Positions 37,668 to 50,860 of a stretch of 64,000 bases of DNA are shown one piece after another. Under the pieces are notes generated by a model, which was given only the letters and a program-made list of their open reading frames with translations, was not told the origin of the DNA and made no database searches. The position numbers and the translations under genes were made by a program. This stretch comes from Mytilus californianus (taxonomy: Eukaryota), in the NCBI RefSeq assembly GCF_021869535.1, contig NW_026262745.1, positions 47,802,001-47,866,000 on the forward strand, in the 5' to 3' direction. The first letter of the stretch is position 1; each line of letters starts with the position of its first letter.

Positions 37668-39780
37668 AGATACGACTACTAATTAATTCTTTGAGAAAGA
37701 TATTGATGAAGGATTCAAAACAATGCGACATAATAATTTGTAGTAAGAAGAAACTTTTGTTTATTATTAAGTTAACTGGTATGTATATTTTTCAAGTTGA
37801 TATTATATACATAGTTCCACTTTCAATAATGTTTAGAAACTATCGTGATGTGATTATCATATAGACATGCGTGCAATTTACAAGTGTAAATTGATTTGAA
37901 TGTATTTGATTTATAAATAGTTGCAAGCAATAATTTGTCAAATCGAAAACAATTTCTTAAAAAAATTATCATATGAAAAACGTTAAGGTGGTCTTCGGTT
38001 CGGATTATTACCTTGTTTTTTTAGAATTTGTAATTTTTTATTTGTCTTAACATTGATTGGGTATTCATGGTAGTGAAAACTAATGCTTTTCCTCTCAGAA
38101 AAAAAGCTTCTTTTAATTCAGATATCATTGTGCGTGCTTGAATCTCATATATCCTAGGCAACTTAAGATGAAGGATACTTCCAATCTTCTCTGACTATAT
38201 CCGGTATTGGCTTTTCTCATTGTTGAAGGCCGTACGGTGACCTATAGTTGTTAATTTCTGTGTCATTTGGTCTCTCGTGGAGAGTTGTCTCATTGGCAAT
38301 CATACCACATCTTCTTATTTTTATAATTATCCTCGATATTGACACAAATGGATGACTTCAATGTTTCTGTTTTCTCATTACAATGTTGACTGCTGTATCC
38401 CAGTTTTTGGCATTTCTACCTATTATGTCTGTTTGTTTTGCTTACACATTGTTGTCAATATAATGTAATTCTATGCGATTGTCATACAAAGGAGATGTTA
38501 GCTAGCTGAAAACCTAGTTTAATTCACCATTTTCTACATAAGGAAATGCCTGTACCAAGTCAGGAATCTGACAGTTCTTTTCCATTCGTTTGATGTGTTT
38601 GAGCTTTTGAATTTGCCATTTTATAAAAGACTTTCGGTTTTGAATTTCCTTTGGAGTTCGGTATTTTTGTTATTTTACTTTTTTGTCAAACTAGAACCAA
38701 TAACAAACATGATGATTTTGAATTTACAATCGCCAATTTCCCATTTCTCTTCAGTAAGGTACCATATGTCCTAACGTTTGTCGTTTGATCGAGTATGGAG
38801 TTGCATGGCGGGTGATGAATGCATAGTAGGAGACGCTTACTCTGTCAACGCACCAGGTTGCTCTCTTTTTGGAGTTTATGCAATATTAACAGTTTTGTTT
38901 GTTAGTTTGGTATGTCTTCTTAATTGATTTGTATGATTTTATAATCAATAAACTTCTTTAGCCTTACATGACACTTTTTATGGTTACTCTTTTTGAGTTT
39001 TCAGGTTTATCCTCATTCTAGAGTTCAAGCTTTTGCTTTGCACATGTTCGACGTATCAACCGACGCAATAATAATAAAAATAATAATAATTATAAAAATA
39101 CGACATCGTATACGAACACGATTATTATTATAATGTTAATAATAATGACTATACTAGTAACAATGAGAAATCGTTTCTATTTTTTTAAAACGTAGAATAT
39201 TCATAGAAACCAACTTTGAACAAAGAAATTAAGTGCATTTTCAATGGATGCTTTAAAGATGTGTTGCGCAAAAAAATTTCACAACTTGTTTACACATGTT
39301 ACATGTATTTTACTTGTAAAATGATAAGATAAATAATTATCTTTTTTAAAAGATTGAGGAACGTTGTCTGTTTCAATTTTTATTTGTCAAATCAAACCTG
39401 TTTTTGGTTATGTTAAAAAACAAATGTTATGTGTTTAGGTTCCGTCATCATTGGCCTAAGCTAAAATATATATGCACTAAAACTACTATTATATGTATGT
39501 AGATGTCGTTTGACTCATATTATTGTCACTTTAGATGAAGATTAACAGAAACGATTATGCATTTTGCAATTTCTGTATCTGTATTTTTATTGTATTGTGT
39601 TGTTTATTATTCATTATCTTGTTTATGTAACACAATTGTTAACAAAATTCCAGCTAAACATAAAAAAGTTTTAATTTTTGAAAGTTCGAAAATTGCATGA
39701 CGTTCTTGCATGAAACCGTTATTAGCAAAAGCGAGGGCTTCTTGGATACAAAACAAAAATAATTAAGATCAATAGATTAA

Positions 39781-40054
39781 GGTAGTACATAACACTACAG
39801 GGAGATAACTCTGTAAAAATCAGCTAATCGTTTTAATCACTTTCTTTTGTTAAGGAAATATTAAGCTTCTCAATGATCAAAATTAGTGTTTGTCTAACTG
39901 CTATATATCCAATGAAATTTTTCCGATAAAGTGTGTGGTTCAAGTTTTTTGAATTTTTATAAATTTTGTCAAAGGGTCAAAGTAAATATTTTGTCAAACT
40001 TTTATGAAAATTAAACGAGCCAAATTAATGTTTGTAAAGATGTTTGGTTCCACC
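39781..40054. mobile_element. Short MITE with TTAA TSD and degenerate TIRs
   Basis: ttaa-ggtagtacataacac ... gatgtttggttccacc-ttaa. Confidence 0.6.
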
Positions 40055-42439
40055 TTAAATTGTAGTGATATCTTGATCTTGATATTGGTGAATGATCCTT
40101 TTTTTAGGATTCAGAAAAGTGCGTTCGTCGCACGCAATTTAGAAAAGAATTATTATATTTAACTGCAACTTCCTAAATTAAATAAGCTTCGATGAAAAGA
40201 TCCATGCATTTATATTTGTGCTAGCAAGGCGCCTTCCATTTCTGTTTCGGTGGGTGAAAAATCATTTTAAATACATTGTTTGGTTCTAAATGTCTTAACA
40301 CAAATTCTTTCAGAATAGAGGAGACAAAATGTTTGTTTTGAAACAAAAGTATTATAAAAAAAGAAAAAAATCAAAAAAGAGATGTCCATAAAACCTGACC
40401 AAACAGAACGCTGAACTTCATCAACGAACGAAACGACTGGAAAACAACTGTCATATTTCTGACTTGGCACTGATATTTTCCAATATTCCAAACCTGTTCG
40501 TGCATTTTTCATTGTTATTCAACGCAAAATAATTATCTTAGATACCTGGGACGATCTCAATTCATGATGGGTCTCTTTTGTTTACTTATTGTACCTCGAA
40601 CTTATTAACCCGGTGTAGGTCTTTAAGTTGAGGTTCAATTTACTGAAAGTGAATCGAGCATGAATAATTAGACACGCCCTTATAGAATCAGGGGGTTCCA
40701 AAATAGGATCGGAAAAAACAGCCAGCGAAAAACCATAATTTACAATTTCAGAAAATCAAAGTGCTTTTGGTTGATTTAATATCTCAGGTCAATAATCAGA
40801 CGGTATTTGAGTGGAAATACAAACCTGTCCGAAACCGGGAAATGTTGGCTGCAATCGGAATTTATTTACAAAATAAGTTCTTATCTCATTTACTTATAGT
40901 GGCCGCTATTGATTGTAAATTCATGTCGTTTTGTTTTTGGCATTCGTCTACCGTGGAGCAAAAAGAGGGGGTGGGGCTAATAGCTTAACTTACGATTTTA
41001 ATCATGGTTCAACTTTATTATAGTACGGCATACGTTTTACATCTAGCCAACGCTCTATCTTATTAAAATGTCACTCTAAAATTGTTATCATTTGCTTCAG
41101 GTCGATCTACTTGGCATCTCTTTGTGAATATGCATGACATATTTGCCACTCGACATTAAGGGAGCAATCAATTAATCAGCTCCATTTAGTGATGTATAAT
41201 CATTAGTCTTCAGTTGATAATTGTCTCAAACAGTTTTCTAATTTTTTTTTTTGAATTTTGATTTATATTTGATTTTTTAAGCGTAAATTTTAGCATTTCT
41301 TTCCTAATTTGTTCTTTGCATTTATTTGTTTAATATTAAATAACGTAGTCCACATCAGGGGTTACATTTAATCATATCCAGCCAAACTAGGAGGAGGGGA
41401 GTAGAACAGAATAAACATCTTCATTGAGAGACATAAACTCATATATTAAAGCGTACAACGACGGCAGTCTCGTCTAGGTGACAAAATTTGTTGTGTCAAG
41501 TTTTTTTTTATATCTGCTATAGTTGTCATAAAAGCAAAAACGGATAAAAAATGTTGGCAACAATTTATATAAGGATTCAACTTATTTTGACCGTTTCATC
41601 TATTTTTTAGATATTGTTTTACTGATCGGTTTTGTTATCTAAAGTTTTTTTTCATCTACAATTGTCCTTACAAAAGGCGCAAAAATGTGTTAAAATCAGC
41701 CATGCGACTTATTTGAAGATTTAGCTTACCTTTGTTGTTGTTTAGAGATTTCACTCATTTAACTTGTGCGTAGACCGTAATTCCCCCCTCAAAGAATTCT
41801 TCAAATGGTTCTTTAACGTATAGATAGCTTGAAACTCTCACTACACCAGGCATCGGATATACGACATTTCTATTTCGACCACACGAAGCTGCATATTCAT
41901 ACATCCGAACAGCCAAAAGGACTCACCCCTTTAGCAAGGGTATACTGTCGGACGGGAGAAGTCCAGAAATATTTCTATACCCAAGTCAATCCTTTGGTTT
42001 TTAATGAAAGGAGATAAAGGTATACATTAATGCGACAGCAAACCAACGACACAGACAAATCAAAACATTAAGAGTCAACATACAGTATTTTGTAATAGAA
42101 AGATGCCTATACAGAATAATAAGCTCAAAACCGCCACATGACAAAAAAAAACGAGTTAATTTATTAATATTTACCTTCAAAGATATCCCAACAGGCAATT
42201 TGATTTATCAATATTTACCGTCAAAGATATTCCAACAGGCACAAGTGTTTGGTTGAAAAATATCACCTGCTCTTTTTTAATTTCGATCGGTGGAAATAAA
42301 GAAGGTGTAATATAAACCAGTAGAAGAAAAACACTTCCTTGTACAGTAACGGTAAAATGAATGATGATAATGGATGACGTCCAGCGGCACATAAAATGCA
42401 TATTCAGGACAAAACATGTCAATATAATATGAATATTTA

Positions 42440-42705
42440 TCCTGTTTTGTACTAGACCGACACGCTGAGCCGGATTTTAAACGTGTAAGTTCACAAGGTA
42501 ACAGTTCGCAGGAAGAAAAGTCACCCTACCCGGACACATTTTCGACTCCGAGCCGACCAATCAGTGCTCTTACTCGCGTGTTTAGCGTTGAAACAGCAAA
42601 TGCTAATTAATTGTAACGTCTTTGTTTGACCCGGTCGGGATTCGAACCAACGACCTCCCGCTCTCGAAACAAACACACTCCCAGGAGACCAACCAGGAGA
42701 GCGGT
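42440..42705 (-). mobile_element. tRNA-derived SINE
   Basis: B box ggttcgaatccc on the minus strand, followed by a central domain (gtaagagcactgattggtcggctcgg..aatgtgtcc..gtgtcggtctagtac) typical of abundant mollusc SINEs. Confidence 0.75.
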
Positions 42706-43545
42706 AGTAAAGAATATCTTACAATAAAATCAAGTACAATAAAAAAAAGACAGTTTCACAGAATTCTCACAGTTACTAAAGCGAGCTGAAAGTATCTAAC
42801 CTAAATTAGATGCGTTAAATGATATTGGAAACTACACGTAAATGTCGATGGCCGACTTCAGAGTAGATTTCATGGATCAACGCTCTCTGCAAAGTAAAAA
42901 CTCTTGCACCAATTATTTGAAGGGTTCGGATGTGGCCAGCTGCCTTTATTCAATATACCCTCATTTTCCAGTGGTATTCCCAGTTTCACGTGCAACCTCA
43001 CTGTCGACTTCCTATTGTAAGACCTACCTATGGTATTCAAAATTTATGTGTTCTCGTCATGAACGCGCATGGAATATTTGCCACTGGACGTATAGCAAAC
43101 AAAAATCAATCAACTTCATAAATTATTCCATGTACATAGTACACGAAGACGAGATCTTGTAAAATGCTATAATGTAAAATTTCCATTTAAATCACTCAAT
43201 AATAGTGCAAAATTTTTTATGTTTCTTTTTGTTATTTTTTTGGCAATTTACTACATAACTGAACACTTAAAGTTTCATTTTTAAATATTTCTTTACTATG
43301 GTTTTTATCTGCTGTTTTATGGCGATTTATGATTATGTAAAGAAAGGTAAAGGTTTTTTAAGGTATTTATGCTTCATTTAGACGTGAAAAGGGAATGACG
43401 GACGACTAAAATAAAAGTGTTTTCATATAATTCATTTTATTTCAATTTAAGAATGATGATCGACCTTGCGAAAATATCTCATCTATACACGTTTTGATCG
43501 AGCCACTCAAACCTACATAACATGATGCTAAAGATGTTACATTAA

Positions 43546-44231
43546 AGGGGCACTAGCTGTCAAATTCATGTTCACTGATTTGACTCAAATTCTAATATTT
43601 GATTTATAACCATGTAAAACATTTATTCAAATTATAAAAAGTCTACAACAAACAATTTACAGGGCATGGGCTAGATAATATGTAGCTTCGTTTCGTGTCT
43701 ATTTAAGTCTTGACGCCATCTAATTAACTATCGAGTTGACCTCCGAAGACCTCCGATGGTCATATAAGCGATATAAACATAAATATAGATATAAATAGAA
43801 AAGGAACTCGTGCAATTGGATTTTTCTATGTCTGTTTAATTTCATATTATAGATTAAAAATATATGTTAATCATCGTTTTACCTGTATAAAAATGATTTT
43901 TGTGGATCGAATCAGTCAATCAAATGATTTACCTTTGTTTCACTTTCAATGTTGACATTCTTTTCCTTTAAATAACCGAACACGCACAGTTCATGCGTTA
44001 TCCATGTCTAGGGGTTAAACCGAAGTTCACATGAATACGGATTCAATGAGGTCGAATTATTCTCTTGCAAGTGAATAATTCATCATCAATGTTTCTTAGG
44101 TTAATTTGACAAAATTAAACCAAAATGGCTGCTAAAGGCGAATTATTATATCACTATTTCACTTTCACTAATGATTGAACAAAAAAAAATCAAACTTTAG
44201 ATTTTTTATATATCTCGTAGCTAGTGCCCCT
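43546..44231. mobile_element. MITE with TTAA TSD, Kolobok-like
   Basis: TIR aggggcactagct / agctagtgcccct, TTAA flanks. Confidence 0.88.
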
Positions 44232-45959
44232 TTAAGGCTATTTAATACGATTTTATTCATTGAAGTTTACAGGCATAGTTTTTTTATATAAAAAACACAA
44301 ACAAAACAAGATTTATTAATTAATTGGACTGAACAGACAACACTAATCATGTTGCATTTGCATTTAACGTACTGTAGGAAAATTACAGAATCAAAAACAA
44401 AATGAACAATAACCTGAATATTGTGAAGAACCTTATGCGTCTAGGTCTGTTCGATTAGAAGTAATGCAACAAGCTGTTTAAAAAACAAATTTTTGGAAGA
44501 GTTCACTTACTGTTTTCATATGGTCTGGTCTTTACGGATCTATTTCACGATTACTGACAGATTAAAAACATCAAATATATATAACAAGAAGTTTTTGTGC
44601 AGAACATTCATCGCTCAGTTGTAAATAAGGTCTGTATAGGGTTTTGATTCACTCATTTATAAAATAAAAAATCTTTATTTTGAAAAGTTTAATTTTATAA
44701 AACTATCCTATAATGTTATTTTAATGCTAAAAAATATAATAAATAAATAATTAAATGATATACTGCCATTTAATCGGTCCGTTCCCAATGCAATAAGGTA
44801 ACTGTATATATCAGTTTGAGTACTGTTTAACTATCATTAAGTTGAATATATTTAGACTCGTCCAATTCAGGGGAATAAGGCTTCTGTATGTGGTTTTTTG
44901 TGTACTTTTCTTATATTTTTGACGGTTTGTAAGTCAGTTAAAGTTCAATGATTAAGTTAATATAGACATTAAAAGACCTCCTCACAAAAAGGACTGTTCA
45001 AATCCTATCATTAAACTTTTACTATTACAAAATGGTGGAATAAATCTGGTTTAAAAGCTTGCTTAAGATTCCACCTGTATGACGGTTGTTTATACATCTG
45101 TGATGAAAATAAGAAGAAAAATATAATAGTTAAACTAAACTATCTAGTATATTTCGTTAAAACAAAAGAAAGACTTAACAAACGGATTTGCGGTCAAAGG
45201 TCAGACATAAACAACAGTGAAAATGACATTCATTTGGTTGATGTTTTACACATCTATCCAATTGAAATTGAAATACATTAGGTAAAGCTGAAGCTGCCTC
45301 ATATCTACACGTCACATCTAGAAATTGACAATGATTGTCGATTTAGAACAAAATTTACTTAAAAATTAGTTCAACATTCCAATTGTAAACTTTCGATTTC
45401 TATGTAGCAACATTCATGCAGCAATTGCATTTTCAATCCAGAAAAGCGCTTCGGACGCATGGAAAAAAGTAAAATATATCTTGAAAAGAATTTGAGGTCT
45501 GCTAAAGCATTGATCATGTATGGTTTTAACGTACGGTCATATGTAAGTCCTTGAGTTTCCAAGCAGCTAAATTATATGACGAAAAATTTAGAAAGATAAG
45601 GAAAATTTTAGGGTTGAGGGTGGATGAAATCAATAATGACCCTTGGAGATCTGCAGCTTTATTTGACAGACAAACTGAATTATCAGGTCAAAATAAGACG
45701 TCATTTGCAAAAACATCAAACTCAGGTCCAAATTATTTTCAAAGGAAGGCCCAGCATCAGTGTCAATTCCCAAACGGATATTGCTGGGCCTTATGTAAAT
45801 CAGGGGAATGTACAGCAAAGTTTTGTAAACTTAAACACCAATGTGTACCTTGCAGCAAAAAAACACTGTACCCTTACATACCCAGAAGAAAAAGGAAAAC
45901 AAGCAATTTTTGTCAAAACTTCCAACACCAATAAAAGTTGAAAATCTTAAACATTTTCA

Positions 45960-47400
45960 GCAGGTTATGATACCCAGTTGACAGATAAATTGATTCATGG
46001 TTTTTCTTTTGGATTTTCAATCAATTCTTGTTTTTCTACATCAATAAATAAAGGCATTGTTCCTCCAAATCATATAAGTGCAAGGGATTATCATGTTGTG
46101 CAATCAAAACTGAATAAAGAGATTGAAGCAGGTAGAGTTAAGTGTCCTTTTACAACCCCCCTTTCCCTCTTTTTGTATGCTCCCCTTTGGGTTTAGTTCC
46201 AAAAAAAGAACCCAATTCTAATCGATTCATACATGATTTGTCGTATCCTAAGGGTAACTCTGTAAACTCTGGTATTTCCCCAGAATTTTCGGCTGTACAA
46301 TACCAAACCATTGAGACAGTTATAGATTTGGTCCAATCTTATGTCTCAAAATGTCTGATGTCCAAAACAGATATTGAGCATGCTTTTCGCTTAATTCCAA
46401 CTGCTAAAAAAGATCATCATCTATTAGGTTTTCATTGGGACAAACAATTTTTTTATGATGCCTCCTTTCCAATTGAGGCTTCTTCCTCGTGTCAGCTGTT
46501 TGAGTCTTTTTCTACAGCCCTCCACTGGATTTTAAACGCTAAATTTCAAATGTATGGGGTATCACACTTGTAAGTTGATTTGTTCTTTGTCGGCAAAGCT
46601 GGCTCTAATGAATGCTATAGAGCATTACAAACTTTTCTTTGTCTTGCCGATAAATTGGGGGTACCCATCAAATCAGACAAAACACAACGTCCTACTACTT
46701 GCATTACTATCTACGGTGTTGAAATTGATTCTACACAGATGGCTGCTCATTTATCTATGGAAAGAATTGAAAAAAATGTTGCTATTACTAAGTAAATACA
46801 AATGTAAACGCAGTATCTCAGTTAGAGAAATACAATACCTATTGGGTCTTTTAAATTTTGCATGCGGAGTAATCAAACCTGAAAGAGCCTTTTTACGGAG
46901 GCTTTTTGACCTGACTATAGGCCATACATCTCCTCATTAAAGACTCAATCTTAATTCTGATGCAAGATTAGATCTGAAGTTATGGTACAATTTTATTGAA
47001 AATTACAATGGTAAACAAAGAATGGGTTTCATCAGGTTTTTATAAAACTTTTTTCTGATGCTGCAGGTACATATGGTGGTTTTGCTGCCAGTTTTTGGCA
47101 GCAAATGGTTTTCAGGTGAATGGCCACCGGAGTTAGTCGATTTACACATTACAGTGAAAGAACTTCCCGATTGTTTTTGCTATTGGCAAATCATAAAATA
47201 CTATTTTTAACAGATAATTCAGCTGTTGCTGAAATTATAAATAAAACATCATCTCGTTGAAAAGAGTATAATGAAATTGATTCGAAGATTAGTGCTAGCT
47301 GCATTAAAGTACAACATCTATTTTAGAGCCAAACATATTCCTGGGAAAACAAACGTTATTTGTGACTTGTTGTCTCGTTTTTCGTTTTAGGAAGCTCATC
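45960..47400 (+). pseudogene. RT-RNase H of the YR retrotransposon
   Basis: ORF fragments 45978, 46142, 46580 and 46554 in shifting frames; the YLDD region is mutated. Confidence 0.85.
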
Positions 47401-47455
47401 AGATTGCTCCTTGGTTAAGTTCAACTCCTGTGGCCATTCCACCTCACTTTTTGCA

Positions 47456-48368
47456 TCTATGACTGATAGGCTTGTTACGGCATCATTATCTGACGCTTCT
47501 GTGTCATCATATAAAAGAATGTTAAGTGTGTATTCAAATTTCTGTCAGCAATTTTTTCCAGGAGTTATTCTACTTCCATCTTCTCATGTCATGGTTGCTC
47601 AGTTTATTTCACATTTGTTTATTCAAAATTATCAACCATCTACAATTGCATCATACATATCAGTCATCAGTTTTATACATACAATTAATTTTTACAGGAT
47701 CCAACAGACACATTTTTTATTAAAAAGATGTTGAAAGGTACAAAACAGTTGAGACATTCTGTTGATACACGGTTGCCAATAACCTATGATATTCTTGTAA
47801 AATTAGTTTAGGCTTTACCAAAAGTAATAGTTGGCATTTATAATCAAGTTTTGTTAAAGGCTATGATGTTTATAGCTTATTTTTGTTTCTTACGTATTGG
47901 AGAAATTGCAGTTAAAACTAAGTCTGAATTCTATAGAGTAATTCAAAGGGAAGATATAAAGTTTGAAAGAGTAAATGGTCATGTGAGCAATATGACAATA
48001 ACTATGAAGTTTTACAAACATAGTAATCTGCAAAGTGAGACATTATCAATAGCTAGACGCCCTGAACATTATCTCTGTCCTGTTAAAGCTATTGAGGAAT
48101 AAAAAGTTTACATAATTGTCCACACGGTCTTTTATTTCGATTTAAATATGGAAAACCTGTTTCAGGTTTTTATTTCAATTCTTCATTAAAAAGTTTGTTA
48201 AATTTCGTAGGTGTAGACACCAATTTGTATAAAGGTCACAGTTTCAGAATTGGAGCTGCAACATTTTCAGCTGCCAGAGGTGTGCCTTTAGCCTTGATCC
48301 AAAACATGGGTAGATGGAAGGCAAAGGCTTTTCAACATTATATACGACTTGATAATTTTCACACTTAA
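47456..48368 (+). pseudogene. Tyrosine recombinase of the YR retrotransposon
   Basis: Catalytic R (FLRIGE), HSFR, GRW and YIR motifs; broken by stops and frameshifts. Confidence 0.88.
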
Positions 48369-48401
48369 ATTTAATAATCACAGTAGTTTACTCAGTGCAT
48401 T

Positions 48402-48790
48402 GGTAGAGGTCAACATGGCTTGTTTTACCTTAATGTGATTCATTTTTGTAAGGATTAATAAGGCTGTTTTATATATGTTAGAATTAGTTTGCTATTGTAG
48501 AGGTCAACATAATTTGCTCTGCAAATAAAAGTTGTTTCTGTCAGCCATTTACTGTATGTAATGGTTTTTATTTGGTTGGTAGAGGTCAACATGGCTTGCT
48601 CACCTTTCATTAACAAGATTAATTATACTAGTATATATTATTTTTTGTTTTGTTTATAATCTTTGTTATTATTTTTGTAGGGTCAACATGGTTTGCTCTA
48701 CACTTTTAATTGGAATGCAAAACATGCAAAAGGTGTATATTTTATTCCATTTTTGGTGTATTTTGTTGAGGTCAACATGGTTTGCTCAAT
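48402..48790. repeat. Five copies of an approximately 20-nt motif (gtagaggtcaacatggyttg) with variable spacers, downstream of YR
   Basis: Copies near 48402, 48497, 48578, 48677 and 48765. Confidence 0.85.
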
Positions 48791-50860
48791 TTTTTCTAGA
48801 GTTTCTTAAGTTGACTTCAAAGTCCTCGGATGGGGATCCCTCTGGGGTTTTTTTTTTTTACCCTTTTTCAACCCCACATTTGCTTATTAAAGTCATTGTC
48901 ATTTATGCAGAACTATTATAATAGTTAAGATGTAAGTTGCATCTTAAATTAATTTCTGAATAAATGACATTTTACTCAACTTGTGTTTTATTAACAGCAA
49001 ACATAGCTCAGACTCTTTGATCTAGGTCATTTATACTTAGTTTGCTAGTTGTTGTCTGTGTCTAGGAACATTAGCTGACAAAAAGAAGAAATGCTCACGT
49101 TAAATGTCAGTGATGCAAATATTGTGCTTTAGTAATCATGAAAACTTCATTACGTAGGATCAAAGCTGTTTCTTCTGTTTTTTCGGGTTTTTGTTTTTGT
49201 TTTTATCTTTTTAATTTAGAAAAAGTTTATCATAAGAACATGAAGAATGCAAACGTATGACATTGATTTCAATGCGCAACATAAAATATAGTTAACGATT
49301 CCAGAGTAGTATCTTAACTAGATGTTGGGCAACAACATACATAATGATCAGTTTTTAGACGGCAGATTTACCCATGTTCTAATCATTTGATTATTACTGA
49401 AGAATGCTTTTAAAAGAGTAATTGCTCATACTGTATTAATCAACAAAATAAGGCAGGAATATATAACGTCACTTTACTGGTACACTGTACATTCGTATAA
49501 AAAGAATTAACCTTTTTATAAACTTAATTTAAAGAAGAAAATTTACAATCGTTGCAATGGAAAGTCAATGAAATTAACCTTTATGTTAACAATAATTACA
49601 TTTCAGCCTAAACAACATACTGAAGTACAGAATAATGTCGCTTGTGTTTTTGAAGAAACAAAATTTTATTCAGCAATTCAAATCTGTCACCAAGTTCTGA
49701 ATACAGATATGTGAACATCTATATCGTTAATCCGACTTGCGTAAATAGAAATACTTAACTTAAAAAAAAAATACAGATTAATAAAACAACTCATTTCGAA
49801 TATTGATTCGTGCAACCCTCTCGTGGCCTTACCTTATTCTCATAAGATTACCAGTTTTCAACAAATATAGCAAATTATTGCTAAATTCCTTGACGATAGT
49901 AATATCTTAAACGTTAGCTTTGTCTATGATCAGAAACATTCAAAACCGCTGTCATTTGGGTCTTAGAAACATTTCCTGCAATACTTGGTCAATTTAACTG
50001 TGCACATGATTTTTCGTCAAATGTCAACATATCCAGTGTTTATTACCACTTACCAACATGAAAAGGTTTGAGCGTATACCCGGGCATGTCCATTTAGCTA
50101 AACTATGAGTGCAGGATAGAATGCGTTCTGCATTTGGAAAACTTTTGAAGAATTTCTGAAAAAAAGGTGGCAGGAGTATGCAACATAGGTTCACCAACTA
50201 GACGTTACATCAAATAAAGTCTAACCAATATAGAAATGAATGGCGGCTGCTTGTACAACAGTATATATTCAAATTAAAGTTCAGGTTGCATGATCAAGTA
50301 ACAAATATATCTACATATATATATATATATAAATACTAGTATACATTTTTACTTATTTAATTTGATCTATGAATTCCTTATGGAAAGTAATAAATTAAAC
50401 TCAATAAGTATTCAAAGAAGGAAAACCGAGTGCTTTAACAGATTCTTTAGAAAAACATTTTGAACACATATAATGATATAAACAAATAGCTGATTATCGA
50501 GTTGATAAAACTTTATTATTCGATTCAAGTAATAAGACGTTAAAATTATTAGTCCATGCAACATAAATGTAAAGTTAGCCACTAGAAGTGTGTAAAGAAC
50601 TGACAACGCGAAGAAACCTTTCTAATGTTTTAGATACATTAAAATATCAAATTTAAAACTTACAACACGCTTTATTTGAGATCATTTAAAAGCTATTGAC
50701 AGTTTTTATAATTTGTGGTAACGATCAACTTTTATCTGATTAACATAACTTCCTTGTTTAGTACAGGCCAAACACCCGATTGATTCTTTTTATTTGAAAA
50801 TTAATACAAGAGTCACATTACTACTTACTTAACAACGACGATACTGAAATGCACGTCGTC

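Larger units (their letters stand above)
45380..48800 (+). mobile_element. Decayed DIRS-order tyrosine-recombinase retrotransposon (Ngaro-like): gag, RT, RNase H, YR
   Basis: gag end YDEKFR..CW....G.C...C...H.C..C; RT SPLGLVPKK..RFIHDLSYP..KTDIEHAFR; RH SDAA..HITVKEL..TDNSAV..KHIPGKTNVICDLLSR; YR FLRIGE..GHSFRIGAAT..GRW..YIR; many stops and frameshifts. Confidence 0.92.

Noticed and set aside
42842-43162. 106-aa ORF as a gene
   Set aside because: No domain similarity recognised; overlaps a SINE-like fragment
45432-45465. Complete hammerhead ribozyme
   Set aside because: Only the GAAA/stem III half is present; no CUGANGA upstream
48402-48790. CRISPR array
   Set aside because: Eukaryotic context, no cas genes, degenerate non-palindromic repeats, long irregular spacers, and located within a retrotransposon
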